From contig OZ249436.1 of the NCBI GenBank assembly GCA_965235115.1, positions 13,208,001 to 13,272,000 of the forward strand: 64,000 nucleotides of DNA, in the 5' to 3' direction. The translations under genes and the position numbers were made by a program. This stretch comes from Laetmonice hystrix (taxonomy: Eukaryota). The number at the start of each line of letters is the position of its first letter. The stretch's first letter is position 1. The notes under the pieces are model-generated. The model saw nothing but the letters and a program-made list of their open reading frames with translations, was not told the DNA's origin and did no database searches. This document shows, in pieces, positions 1 to 13,403 of this stretch.

Positions 1-39
1 CGTCGACCAGATGTAGAGAGACGCTCTGAGTGTACTTAC

Positions 40-706
40 TGCATAGTTCCCTCTCCAGGTTTGCCGGCCGTCTGACCGCAGAGGGCTTCCTCGACGTTCT
101 GGCGGGAGTAGAGGCCAAGCGGGGTGTTGTACTGAAGGTGAGCCACGGTGGCCGTGCCGGAGTGATCCGCCGGCGAATGCTGCTGGTACTCCGGATCCTG
201 GCCGGGGGCGTAGTGGACATTCTGGACGCGAGGTTGGTGGGGCTGGATGGGGGCCCCGGCCTCAGGGTGCGGGGGCCCCTGGCGCGGTTGTTGTGCTTGC
301 TGCTGCTGCTGCTGCTGGTGCTGGGGGGATGGAGGATGCTGTGGCACAGGAGACCTCGGTCCGCGACGGATGGGGCGCCCAGCGTGGTCGTGGGTGGCGG
401 CGGCGGCAGCGGCGACCTCCCAGGGTTTCACCCCACCGCCGGACCTCAGCGAGCCTGCCCAGGCCGGGACGGCAGGGACTTCGATCTGCGGCACCTGGTA
501 CTGCTGCCTCGGGGGCTGGTAATGCTGCTGCTGGGGAGGAGGAGCACGGTGTTGGCGCTGAGGCTGGGCTTGTGGATGAGAGGGCCCCCATCCTAATCCT
601 GGGTCCTTCTTGCTGGGAGACCATCCGAAGTCTTGCCTAGGACTGGCACCCAGGGTGTCAGCGTCGGGCATCTTCCAGGGCCGCACGGGCCGAGAATGAC
701 TCCGAG
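40..706 (-). CDS. Gene A exon 7: Pro/Gln-rich linker plus ZM (Zasp-like) motif; gene continues beyond the left edge
   Basis: Acceptor cctttgcag|CT at 706 (phase 1), donor ATGCA|gtaagt at 40 (phase 2). Encodes ...VPAWAGSLRSGGGVKPWE...ATVAHLQYNTPLGLYSRQNVEEALCGQT, matching the ZM consensus (VxHxQYNTPxxLYS). Confidence 0.9.
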
Positions 707-1514
707 CTGCAAAGGGGCATACCAGAGAGACAGTCTGTAGGAGAGGTTTCGTGAAAATACATGGCATAAACTCAGTAGGCCTACAAAGTACAAAAACCAT
801 TAAGAAATAGGGATTTTGTCTTACTACTATGTTAAAAGTCTATCATAAAGACTGTTTGGTAGATTGTTATTTAACTCTATGGCTCCCACTTCGTCATTGC
901 AAATATCGCCTCCACCACATCTTACAACAGCCTTTGACGGAATCAGACGTAAAGGGAATCATGACTACAAAAAAGGCAGGGCACACTGAAGAAAAAGTGA
1001 AATAGGAATATTGAATAGGTCCACACATAGAGACAGAGATGTTGCTTGGGTAATTGGGTAATGCATACATGTTAAATATACACAGTCTTTGGTTGTAAGA
1101 GGGGCCCACAACAACAAGCCACATCAGAGTAAGCCCCTGCTGTAAGTTCCATATCCGAACACGAATTTTACAGGTAGCATACTGTAGCAACATTTTTACG
1201 ATCTTAGCTTAATAATTAGAACAAAAAGTTAATTTTGGAACAGAATAATCATGATCACATCACAAAGGAAGTAATACAAATCTGCAAGTCACACGTTCAT
1301 ATTCTTGCAATAATGTTCCCGTGCTAAGAATGTGATGGCGGTTCTTTCAGCTGGTTCGTTGAGCTCACAACGCGTGCTGTAAGGGACACAATGGGAGCCG
1401 AGAAAAGAAGAAGAAATAGAACACAGACCGACAAAAAACAACAACACCCCATATCGTACAAACACACAACATGGTGGGCCAGATTGGGCAGCGACGAAAA
1501 AGAAAGTAGAAAGT

Positions 1515-1572
1515 AGAAGAAGAAGAAGAAGAAGAAGAAGAAGAAGAAGAAGAAGAAGAAGAAGAAGAAGAA
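1515..1572. repeat. (GAA)n microsatellite, about 19 units
   Basis: Read directly; explains the poly-Phe ORF 1324..1620. Confidence 0.95.
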
Positions 1573-1718
1573 TGACAAGGACATTAGGATGGGGCTCCGT
1601 CCAGACAGAGCCACCAGCATGGTTCTGTCAGTGGGTCGGTCCGTCCAGATAGAGCCACCAGCATGGGTCCCCAGCGGTCGGTGGAGGTGGTGGTGGTGGT
1701 GGTGGGGGGGTTACTTAC

Positions 1719-1862
1719 AGTCGTCCCCTTCGTCCGTTGGCAGGACGATCGGAGGAGGAGGAGGCTTATTGCTTTTCGGTCTTCGGCGGGCCGCCGTATC
1801 TTTATCTTGGACCCCAAAGACTTTCTTACGTTCTTTCACCGACTTGTAATCATACTCGTCCT
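1719..1862 (-). CDS. Gene A exon 6 (144 nt, symmetric phase 1; absent from the ORF track)
   Basis: ctgcacag|AG GAC GAG TAT ... GAC GAC T|gtaagt; translates DEYDYKSVKERKKVFGVQDKDTAARRRPKSNKPPPPPIVLPTDEGDD with no stop. Confidence 0.8.
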
Positions 1863-2046
1863 CTGTGCAGCATAGAAGGGCATGCTGTCATGGCCAAAGT
1901 GGGCAATACGCACGCGCAGAGTAAAAGAAGTCACCGCCAAGGATATTACACCCCAACTCCTACGGTCAAGGTAAAAGTCTTACTAAGTTAGGGTGAAAGG
2001 GATTGTGTTCTACCAGTCTTTATAGTTTTTATAGTTCTATCGTGTG

Positions 2047-2591
2047 TGGTCGTTCACAAATTTGGTCAAAGTCAGGACATGAAAGTACTTAGTTCTCTCC
2101 TGTGGTCGTTCACAAATTTGGTCAAAGTCAGGACATGAAAGTACTTATAGTTCTCTCCTCTGGTCGTTCACAAATTTGGTCAAAGTCAGGACATGAAAGT
2201 ACTTATAGTTCTCTCCTCTGGTCGTTCACAAATTTGGTCAAAGTCAGGACATGAAAGTACTTATAGTTCTCTCCTCTGGTCGTTCACAAATTTGGTCAAA
2301 GTCAGGACATGAAAGTACTTTTAGTTCTCTCCTCTGGTCGTTCACAAATTTGGTCAAAGTCAGGACATGAAAGTACTTATAGTTCTGTCCTGTGATCGTT
2401 CACAAATTTGGTCAAAGTCAGGACATGAAAGTACTTATAGTTCTCTCCTCTGGTCGTTCACAAATTTGGTCAAAGTCAGGACATGAAAGTACTTATAGTT
2501 TTCTCCTCTGGTCGTTCACAAATTTGGTCAAAGTCAGGACATGAAAGTACATGTACTTATAGTTCTCTCCTCTGGTCGTTCACAAATTTGG
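2047..2591. repeat. 58-bp minisatellite, about 9 copies
   Basis: Unit tggtcgttcacaaatttggtcaaagtcaggacatgaaagtacttatagttctctcctc, head-to-tail. Confidence 0.95.
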
Positions 2592-3456
2592 GCCGAGATG
2601 GGAGTGACAAGTTTCATGTTTTCAAATTTCCATTCAAACGAAATGCATCAGACATTTGAAAGCTATGATATCTGTTGTCAGGGTAAGCTGGTATTGCTAT
2701 CTAAGAGATGAGTCTACAGAGGCTGAAAAGATTTACCTAGCAAATACAGTTACTACATTGTGCATGAAATGGTGATTCAGTCAGAATTGTCATCACCATT
2801 ATACACCTAGATACTACTAGCTGCTGTTGACCAGCACAAGTTAGGCTAGCTCACTACATGTAGTACCTTATATCCTACTGCCTATCCAAGCCTATTATCA
2901 TACATATCTATCCTCCAGCTGTGCGATATACTTAAGCTGCTAAACAAAGTATTGGTTTAAGGTTTTTGTTCACCTCTAAATGCGGATACTGAAGAAAAAG
3001 CTGTCCTCTGAAAAAATGCAAACACCATTGATGAATATTGATTAGATCCACATGCTTACATTCACAAGTCCAAACACTCTGGGAGTCATTTACCTATTAC
3101 TATCTGGCGCACACTAAGTTTAGTTTCGTATGTTATCGTCATTCTGGAAGAAAACCTGATTGGAAAAATTGCGACAAGGCTTTCATTTGCCTACAATATT
3201 GCAGTTTCTTTATTCTTAAAGAGGCAAAACGCTCAGAAAGATTTCCAGTCAGGTTCCATTCGTTTTAACCTGGATACAAAGCTGAATGCCGTTGGTTCCC
3301 TGACTGCCCTACAGGTGGCGGTTTTACCCCTAGCGAGCAACCGGGGAACTAACACCTTCCCGCCATGATCCGGGTTGAGAAAGAAATTAGAGAGATGATC
3401 ACCCTTGAGGCAGGTCCATGCGGCAGGCTGATTCGGTCCACGCCCTACATACTCAC

Positions 3457-3681
3457 GCGGAGCAGCCTTGCGGGACGTGAACATGTTCTTCAGTTGGGAA
3501 ATAGACTTTTGTTCGTAGTCATCTTCATCCATCATAGCCTGCTGCTGGCTAACCTCCGGCGGCGGCCCTGCAAGGCTGTCATAGGCAGGCGCTGGTTCCT
3601 CGCGCAGGTACGGCCTAGGACCTTTGTATTGACAGGCTCCCGGGCGATGTGGGGACCTGTCTTGCGGGGAATACCGCTGTC
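3457..3681 (-). CDS. Gene A exon 5 (225 nt, symmetric phase 1)
   Basis: tattgacag|GA CAG CGG ... CCG C|gtgagt; GQRYSPQDRSPHRPG...DEDDYEQKSISQLKNMFTSRKAAP. Confidence 0.8.
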
Positions 3682-4228
3682 CTGTCAATACACACCATGC
3701 AGACACGCAGTGTAAGCCACTCCTATTGAAACGGGTTGGTCTACGCACACCACGCCTTGAGCTGAAGGTACACTCACAGACATCGATCTATCGTCATTGT
3801 TTCAGGTCAGAATAGGGTCGGTGTAAGTCCAGTAAATTCTGAATTTTGTGGGATGGAATGTGGTGGGGTGGCTCCCGTTATGGGGAAGGGTACATCAAGG
3901 GGGTAGGGGGAGAAACGCATGACGCAGTGGCCATGAACCTCAGTTGTTGGGACAAACGTTAGGGAGATGACGACAGATTTATGTTGTGGTCTTCAAATCG
4001 AGGCTTGTGTAGATGCACGGTACCCACTATGATACCGACAGGAAACATGGTGGAAAAAGTATCACGAGACAAGTAGAAACTAAAAGTACACGTGAACAGT
4101 TTTCCAATGTAAGATACCGTACGCGCACGCAACATAAGAACGTCAAAACAGAAACGATAAACACCCGAGTGAGGTAGAAACTGCTAATGCCACTCCGTCT
4201 GCGGGTCTGCGACCAATGATATACCTAC

Positions 4229-4532
4229 CATGTGGCGCCGCCTGGGGAGATGGCTGGAAACCTTTTCTCAGATCGGCCACTGATTGCTGCTCGTAATAGG
4301 GGTCGTATTCCTCCTCGCCCGGCTGCCAGATGGCAGCGTTCAGCGACTGCTGCACGCGGGACAGCATGGTTCCCGGTGGTTGTGGGACCGTCTTGGGAAA
4401 GCGACCTTTCTGTGAGTAGTCCGTACCGAAAATGGGCGCGTCGGGACTGGTGACCGCTGCTGGAGGTTTGGGCACGAAGGCCAAAGCCCCTGCGGTAGCT
4501 GGGGCGCCTGGCAAGCCGGGGCCTCGGTAAAA
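4229..4532 (-). CDS. Gene A exon 4 (304 nt, phase 0 to 1)
   Basis: ttttatggcag|TTT TAC CGA ... CAT G|gtaggt; FYRGPGLPGAP...EEEYDPYYEQQSVADLRKGFQPSPQAAPH. Confidence 0.82.
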
Positions 4533-6765
4533 CTGCCATAAAAGATCAAGAGGCAACAATTCAGAATCTTCACAAATTTTAGAAATTGAGAGAATGCAGG
4601 GCATTGAAATAATACCTTCTGAAAGACAAGGTAAGCTGCCGGGCTGCACCCCCAGCAATGTAAGCAGTTTCAACGCGTATTCGTCTGATTAGATAAGCTA
4701 GATAGATCTATGCTTTGATATTATACACTTATACCCCTTCATCACTACCCTTTCGCTACACGCAGCGGACCGACATCTTATGCATACATGTGGCATCAAT
4801 TCACAGCCGCAAGTTTGATCTGATCCTCAATCCGTTGGTCTACATGGTTGCGAAGGAGGGTTTGTATGAACCATCAAACTAAAATGTCAAAGAAAGCAGA
4901 AAATGATTGCACCGTTGCCGTTTCCCACTTGGGTTGTTTGCCTATTATTTTTGTTTGGAATCATTTCTTTTTCATTTTCTAAATAGTAGCGTGATCTTAT
5001 TGAGACACTCGCCATACTATACGATGTGAATTTATCCGCAGTAACTTCTTCCGAAACTTCTCGTCGAACCTTTTTTTATTATGTTTGTTTACATATGCCG
5101 CGAGACGAAAACAAGGCTGTACGGCCTGACCCCATTCACCGGGACAGCTATAGCGGTCCCATAGCACGGGCGGCGCCCCCCCCCCCCCGACACTATAGCC
5201 ACACTTCCCCTAGCTCTAAACACCCCTCCTGTTACCTCTGATTACTGCGACATCTTGTGACTACCCCACGCTTGTTGCTCCTCAAGTATCTGTGGCCCAA
5301 TGACAGGAATTGTTTCGGTTGATGCTGTTCCTGGTTGATCCTGCTGCAGGCACTCACCAATTGGAACTTAAACTGGACCTCTTTCAACTTTCTATTATTT
5401 CAATAATGGTTTCATGAAAACATAACAAATGCCAACACTCCCCCGACCGTGAAAAGGGGGATAATCTACCGAGAACATGTCCGCTCCCATTGCCTTAGGC
5501 ATTGAGAGAATCCTTCTGGAAATTAATGCTACCAGTCGTCTAAATATGTGGAACATTCCACATGAATGTTCCGCGGGTTGTCTTTCCTCTGACATTGCTC
5601 GACCTCGGAGATCTGATAAAACAAAACTGATTTCCGTGTTCTCAGGTTGCTCTACAACCAGGACCTAACATCGGTGGCACCCAATGGTTGAGGTTATAGA
5701 TATATCCTGTCTTTATCGGCCTACAACCGAATCATTGGGCCCGCCAAAACGATATCGGGTCGGCGCAGACGAAACTTGTTCTAACATCCTCCGGTTTCCG
5801 GAAGCAGCATCATTGCACATGTCTAAACCAACAACGTCAGCGAGTGCGCCCTTTTTTTATACGATCCTTTTTCAGCCCGCGTTGGTCCGAGGAAAGGTGA
5901 GACCTTCACCACATGACCTACCTGGTCGAAAGAATACATCTTGTCAACCCTTGAGTCGATAGCGATGGACGGGCGCACGCGCAAAACCTGCGATTTTGCG
6001 ACAGGCACTCAGAAAGCAAGCCCCGGCGGCTGGCTGATGGCTGGCCTGACCGGCGGTATAAAGGTGCTGAAGCCACTACTTCATGCTCGTCCTTGGCTTA
6101 CCGCAACGTGCTGTGGGCCGTTTTATTTTAGTCTCCAAGCAATGAGCCACTGATTGTTTACCTGAGTGAGGCCGCCGCCCGGGTGGTGGTGGTGGCAGAG
6201 AGACTTAGGGAGGAGAAGGAGGAGGCTGAGGGCCTGGACGGGGCTGGCCCATTGCGGCAGACGGTGGGCCTGCCGGGTGGCGGGCAGAGGTAGGTAGGCA
6301 GGACCTGTAGCCGGCCCTGTCTGCCGCATCCTCCCGCTCACCCTGTTTAGATGCCTGGCGTGCCGTCTGTTCCCAGCCAATCGACTGGATGTGCACGTCC
6401 CCCGACTTTTACCCCGCGGTTCAACGCCCCCTCCCCTCACCGCTCCCATACCCGAGGTAACTGACATAGGCAATGTTCATGCAGATATCTACTAATACCG
6501 TACATATTTTCAGGACAACCAGTAAAAATCGGCTAACATAAAGGACGACATAGCGGCTAATATAAAGGCCGAAAATGATTTGAAAAACCCCCATTCAACA
6601 GTATTTTTAGCACATTATAATAACTTTTGTTGAGATGAATTAATAAAATTTTGACATACATCTGTGGCTTAACGACCTAACGGTAAACGACCACATAGTG
6701 TCGGTTTGATATGTATGCCCTGATTGTAAATGTAGTGTAGTATGACAGGTGTGTTAGGAACTCAC

Positions 6766-6826
6766 CTGGGGTACAGGCTGGGGGACGGATGCTGGTGCCG
6801 AGCTCTGGACCTCGTACGCCGAACCC
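6766..6826 (-). CDS. Gene A exon 3 (61 nt, phase 2 to 0)
   Basis: ttctgtctgtag|G GGT TCG ... CCC CAG|gtgagt; GSAYEVQSSAPASVPQPVPQ; phases fit exons 2 and 4 exactly. Confidence 0.85.
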
Positions 6827-7074
6827 CTACAGACAGAACATGGGCAAAAAACATCATTGAGCAACTTGATTGACATCAAGAAGGGCCACAATTTGAAGGA
6901 TTCAAATGCCCACTTTACCATTACCTCGTACAAGGACGACATAAAAGGGCGCGTTTCTCATCTATCCTTATCCTGCCGTGCGTTAAAATCCCCATTGAAA
7001 ATACATTGGAGTTAACGATACGACAATCTAAAGACATGATGAGAAACGCACCGTCAAACAAGAGCATGCAAACA

Positions 7075-7196
7075 AGAGGCGGATCCAGGATTTCGAGGTT
7101 AAAAATATTTTTTTGGTGGTGGTGGTGGGGGGTGGGGGTGGGGGGTCGCTTATACAGGCTAGCCCGAACCCCGGTGACACATTGGATCCACCCCTG
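7075..7196. mobile_element. Small non-autonomous element with GGCGGATCCAG...TGGATCCACCCCTG ends
   Basis: Short terminal inverted repeat; related G/C-run copies at about 7270-7445, 20685-20740 and 21385-21573. Confidence 0.55.
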
Positions 7197-10100
7197 TATT
7201 TGCAAATATATTCTTACATGTAAACACGCCTTCTTATAGAATGTGCCTTCATCCCTCAGTGCGTATTTCAGGGGAGGATCAAGGACTTTGGAAACGGGGG
7301 GGGGGGGGTCCATATGGGGGAATCTGGCAAAGGGGTGGGGGTCCAACACGGTTCAGAAAGCTCTATAAAAAAGAGAAAGATTAACGCCAAGGGGTGAGGG
7401 GTGCTGAGTGCTGACCCCCTTGACCCACCCCCGTAGCCGCCATTGTATCTTTATACTCGTATACGTATTGCACAACAATGCCACAACTACAGCCCAGCTC
7501 CATTCATCATTTACATGTGTTTTCATGTATTACACAGCAGGAGAAACCGAACGCTTCAACTCGAGTCCTCTATAAACCTAGAGTATACTCTCTGCTATAA
7601 TTGCCTTCGCCGCCGTCAGTGAAGTCCTCACCTGGTGCACTGTGTCTACCTCGCGCGGAGCCATTTTCGAATACTCTTGGGCTATTTTTGGCTCACCAGT
7701 AAACAGATACAAAGATGCACGAGCGAAAGTCGCTAAAAGATGTTGGTGAATACGGCTGTATCTGTGCTACAAGTCCATATATTATGAAATACTACTTGGC
7801 CAAAGGTTGGATCTCTCGTTTCCGGCACTCCGGAGGTTATCACAGTTCACGTGAGGACTCAAGCCAAGATAGCGTGGCTCAGATCAGTTTACGCTGCGTT
7901 CGTCTTGGGACAAACAGTGGTGGGTTTCAGCGCCGTACCTTTCCCACCAGACCTCAATGTGGCAGACTCTATAAGACAGCCACGAAACCTTTTACCTCAT
8001 TAAGTGATGGCCTGGTGATGGAGGGCAATGAGCCATGTCCGAATCTTTGGCTGGTCGAAAGGTAACTTTATCACAGTATACGGTCTAAATGCGGCTCTTC
8101 TCTTCCAGGACCGCCTTGTTCAATAGCTTGGCCCGGGTGTTATACACTCTTTATGATTTTTTTTATTGCGCCCCTGACCTTCGGTCATACCCCTGACGTC
8201 TTGTCCCCGATGTGCTGACGTTGGACCACGGAGGCAGCGATGGAAGCAACTGGCTTTCTGAATCGGTGGAGATCGGGCAACGTTGCACAACAGGGTCATA
8301 GGTAAGGCAACATTGGCCCAACGGGTTGCCTAGGATAGGCCTACTGTCCATCTTCCCGTCATTCAGTCCAATTGACCTTGACCTCCTCTACTGAGAGGCG
8401 TTTTATGGCACCAAGGGCCAATAAGGTATTCAAGTCTTTTCCAGAAATCGTCGCCTGTCTGGTTAAATTCGTTTTTTTAACGCGGTAACGAATGGGGGAT
8501 CTTAGATGAAATAATGGCCTTGTTTGAAATACCTATACTATGTGTGAAGGGAATGCATAAAAGTCCGGTGATCAACTTCGTGGTATAAGACAATATAATT
8601 AAGAAAATACAAATGGTTTATAGGGTTAGGGATAGGATTATGAATTAGAAATATTTAAATAATGCAACATCACGGACTTCCTAGCAATGCAGGTCTGTCG
8701 GACTTATACCTTCAGGGGGACTTGGATTCCTTTCACACTGGTATAATATGGAAATATTACATGGTATATGTAGGTACACGAGTGCCAGGATCCTGTACGA
8801 CCTTGACAGATAAACTATAGGTCTATTCGTAGGAAATATCCCTACCAAAATCCACACCAAAAACACGATGCTTACCTGATATACAGAAGTACCCACCGAA
8901 GTCAAAGAGCTATAATCCAATATGACTGTATATACTCTCACCGAAGTAACCCAACTTTAAGAAGCGATTCTGTGATCACTACCCCGACAGGTTTCTGACT
9001 CTAACCCGGCGCCCAAACTGTGTGTTGGGGTGTGCGTGTTGAGGCTGTGTTGGGAGCACGCGTCTATGACGTGTCGAATGGGTATAGGGTATAGAGATAG
9101 GGAGAATATACCCAGGTAGGCACTGGCCTGGAGTCTGCGGACAGCCCCATGGATCATCCTACCCACCCACTGGCATACCAGGGGCCACCTTCGACCGGCG
9201 TTGATGTTACACCTTGACGTTAACTATAGGGGAGAAGGTGTAGGCGAGGCTGTACTATATACACCTGGTATATTATGTCTATCGGCAGCAGTCTACAAGA
9301 GGTTCTTTCTTCATGTTGATCGTAATTACATGTTCCACGCACGTTTATAGATACTCACAGCGAGGACTACAAGCATATCCTTAGGCAATTGCCATGCAGC
9401 TCATATTAATATAGGATAGATATCCGCCTACGCATGTAGGCTATATTCATGGACATCGACCATAGACCTATATTACAAGATTAGTTTATAGGCCCTATAC
9501 ATGCAATTACATTATAAGCGTATAATCTTAGAAAGGTCAATGCCCTACAGGAGGCCTTCCAAACGTTTACGGTCGTACGATATAAATATCCTCGTAGTTT
9601 TACATGTTTTACACCTAAAAATTATTAGTCATGCTAAAGTACTAAAATGGAAGCCGGCCTATAAAAACAAAATATTTTGCTGTACATAATATTATATGCC
9701 CTTGCGGTGCATTCACGATGTAATATTCACGATGTAATATCCCAACATTGATCATAGTCGTTCTGAAGTTGCCGACCTACATGTTCCGATATTTGCGGCT
9801 AGCTCGGTGGGGGAGCTGATTTCTCATGAATCTCACCATGTGCATGAAAAGCGTGCCTCCGGAGGTCGGCATGAGAAGCGTGCCTCCGGAGGTCGGCAGA
9901 CGAGTTCCGCACAGCCTCTCTGACGTCAGATACGTTCATAATTATTATCGGCCTGCCAAAAATTCCGAATTGTGCCGATCTATACGAGACGCGATGCCGT
10001 TAGTCGTGTCTATAGGCCTATATAACCCGTCGTAAGTTTGGCTCGGTAGGCCTACCTATCATAATCTTAGAGTTAGGTCAGTCATTGTGGTTGGTAGGTC

Positions 10101-11568
10101 TATACGTGCATACCCCTATGATAAGGAGACATCCGTATCAATGTTTGACAGACTTTTAATTAAGAAAATAATTCCGTTTGAATAATTCCACGAGATAGGA
10201 CGTCCCACCATGTGGTAATCGGACATCCACAGGCATAGGCCTAATATAATACACGTTCAGAGAAGGCGGTGCTATGTGATTGTCGCTAAATGTTTTACTC
10301 TCGCGAAAGACTACTCTCATCGCCAGTCGTAAATGTCAGTCGGCCTAAGCATTTCCGGTCCACTAGATAGGCCTGCGATAGCAAATTACATACTCTGTAA
10401 TAGGAATTGCATTCGTTTCAGTCATTACCCCGCCTTAAAATACCCTTGACATTTTGACTTTATAATTTGTAGGTTGAATATTATCGCCGGAAAACTAGAT
10501 TTACTGGCAGAAATTTCCCGGGCGGTGGCCACCTCCCACTCCGTTCCGACAACCATCAAATACATTTAATATGGCCCAAGTAGTACTACCAAAGCTCGCT
10601 AGGTGTAAAAAGCACAGTTGCGCCACCTGGCGTTAAACAGGCAGTACTAAACAAGAGAAGGGTACGAAATTGCAAACCATGCACACGACGAATTTCCCGA
10701 CAATTTTAGGAAACAATAGGAAACACACAGGATCCGTCCCACCAATCCAGTACTTTGTACCGTGCACGCTTCGTGTGTGCCTTGTGCATATAGTTATAAG
10801 GTGTAGGCCTACTACTTCCCGAACGAACAAGAATGTTTCAAGTTTTGGGAGGTTACTTTCAAAGAAGGTTCAAGTTAGAATGTGTCTGATGCTTTCGTAC
10901 CAGAGAAACCTGAATTTGGTTAGGAGGTTAACCGTTTGTGTCATAGCTGGAGTGTCGTAGCTGTAGCTATAGATTTGGCGAGATTTCTACGAACGCAGAA
11001 TGTAGCTGATAGTCCTGAATATAGTTTCAGGAAATCAACCCCACTTAAAGGGAAGCTAAAGACGATAATGTGCACAAGTATTGAAGAATACTTCAACCTC
11101 TTACATGACCAGCTGGCTGTTGGCCAATCCATTACAGAAAAATTAATCATCTTATACCCTGAATTAGATACAAGTATCATCGTTTTTCTTTGAGTAATAA
11201 CGAAACAACTGGGTAAAAGACGATCGTCTTTTTCACTTCAATGGAAATTATCCATTTTGCCCGGAGATTTCGCAAGGAAATAAACCCAGAATGAAGTAGT
11301 TAGTGACAGCCTTCTATAGTTAATGACTCCAAGTATCATGTATCAATGTGTTTTAAGAATGCCGATCTAAGATTTTTTTGCTAGTGTACCTTCACTTTAA
11401 TTTTTCAAAAACTAAAACTTCAACACCCGCTGGCTTCAAAATGTAGATCTACCTTATACGGTAGGCCTATAGTGCTTACCACATGCCATCTATAGCTTTA
11501 CAGTGTCTTGTTCTAGAGTGCCCCCTCCCCCCGGTATGATTTTGAGGTGGTGTAGAAGTGATTCTTAC

Positions 11569-11717
11569 CGTTTGACCCGCATGGAGAGTGCTCCACCGGC
11601 CTGTTTGATGATGTCTTGGGCCTGCTTGTGGAACATGTTGGCTGCGTCATAGTTGTCAATGCTGAGGATGACGTCACCGCGGTGTAGCTCACCGTCCGCG
11701 GGACTCCCAACGAACAC
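11569..11717 (-). CDS. Gene A exon 2: C-terminal part of the PDZ domain (149 nt, phase 0 to 2)
   Basis: gtattgcag|GTG ... AAA CG|gtaaga; VFVGSPADGELHRGDVILSIDNYDAANMFHKQAQDIIKQAGGALSMRVK is a typical PDZ second half. Confidence 0.95.
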
Positions 11718-13183
11718 CTGCAATACAAAGGACGTACTGCAATCATTGTCATTTAGGCCTAATTGTTTATTGCGAGTCACGCAAATCATACTAGTGTGTT
11801 GTCAGTCCTAGGTGTGTTTGAAAGGAATAACACTTTTCATATAGATCCCCAATATGAGAAAAAAGGCCCAATAATTTCCATTTTCTTGTAGAAAAGGGTG
11901 GGGGCTATTATAGTCCCTTTATGCAGCCTCCATCTTAAAAAAAACTCTAGTTTTAGGCCTCTACAACAATGAGAACCAGGTGGCACTGTTCGACGAGCAG
12001 ATCCTGCTCCGCCAGAGGGCGCCATTGCTATGGACGCACTACGCCAGTTTGATGACATTCTGGAAGTATTGGATCGGCTCTAACGGCGGTTGTGCTCCCC
12101 TGTGCCAAAAGGTGGGCGCTGTTACGGATGCCCTACGGACGTGAAACGTGTTCTGATGACCTTCAAACATGGCGGCCGTGATCGGGCGGGAGAACGCTGC
12201 TGGAGCCCCCTGCTGTTAGTCCTGGCAGACGTTACTTGTGTGAATATACCCTTCCGCGTCTTGATTCTGTCATCAATCATTTAGCAGCTGTTGTACACTT
12301 TTTCTGGCAAAGGCTCCAACGATGAATGTCAGCGAGCAGGTTGCCGACTGGTACAAGTGCTGGTGTGTATTACAGTAGACCATTACAATGTACATAGGCA
12401 CCCTACTACAGAAACGCTGCGGGAAATGATATAAAATTGAAATCGAAAATGTATTTGGCATATAGCCTACTATACAAGTGGCAACAAAGGGATACCGTCA
12501 TGTGTATCTAATTGCCATGTTGGTACTCGTGAATTTTCATGGTATTTGCGGAACCAAGGCCTTTGGAGGCGGGGGTGGGGTATTATAGTGCTGCGTTTGT
12601 CTAATGAGTTACTGGGACTGTCCTTTGATACTGTATAATATTCTATTCCCTTAGGAAGTTGTAAACGTGATTTATCTCATTTAAACAGCAATATCTTCTT
12701 AGTTCTGGCCCTGGCTGCATGGACACTTACAGGACGCCTTTACCGACATTACAAATACATGTAGGCCTATAGGCCTACATGTAAAATGTAAAATCGTGGA
12801 CGTCGCAAAGACAATCGACTTATAGTGAATTCCTCCCTTACATGTATTTGTATATTATCACCACAAACATTAATAATGAGTAAACATGATCTCTTCTTCG
12901 CTATTCTATACATTTAAAGTGCTATTTATTTGAAATTATCACTCTACTGTGTAGTCTTTATTGTGGACTCTGTCTTGCTCAACTTCTGAGACTGGTAGGG
13001 GGCTTGCTCAAATCTGACGCTATTTAAGCTTGAGCAAACTTGCTCAAGTGGTTTTACGAACCGGGATATCTTGCTTGAGCAAGTGGTTTTCCGAACTGGG
13101 CCCAGGTTTTCGCAACAACAGATCAAGACGGACCAATGTCCATCGATTGGTCAAAAAGGACTGTCCGAACGGGGGTCCAGTCC

Positions 13184-13403
13184 CCTCCCCATATGTTACC
13201 ACTGATAGGTAAAACATGGACTTGACTGGTTCCAAGGTTGTCCGCCACTTTACCTCCCCTCCCCATATGTTACCACTGATAGGTAAAACATGGACTTGAC
13301 TGGTTCCAAGGTTGTCCGCCACTTTACCTCCCCTCCCCATATGTTACCACTGATAGGTAAAACATGGACTTGACTGGTTCAAAGGTTGTCCGCCACTTTA
13401 CCT
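13184..13403. repeat. About 74-bp tandem repeat, 3 copies
   Basis: atatgttaccactgataggtaaaacatggacttgactggttccaaggttgtccgccactttacc recurs at 13191, 13265 and 13338. Confidence 0.9.

Noticed and set aside
30..640. Plus-strand ORFs 30..596, 247..522 and 293..640
   Set aside because: Antisense shadows of the GC-rich gene A exon 7, with no independent coding signal.
2047..2591. Regular repeat array resembling CRISPR
   Set aside because: Head-to-tail units with no unique spacers, in eukaryotic intron context, with no cas genes. The same applies to the arrays at 25318, 31668 and 34949.
5358..5391. Possible micro-exon of gene A ending TTG|gtgagt
   Set aside because: The phase-0 reading hits TAA and there is no pyrimidine tract.
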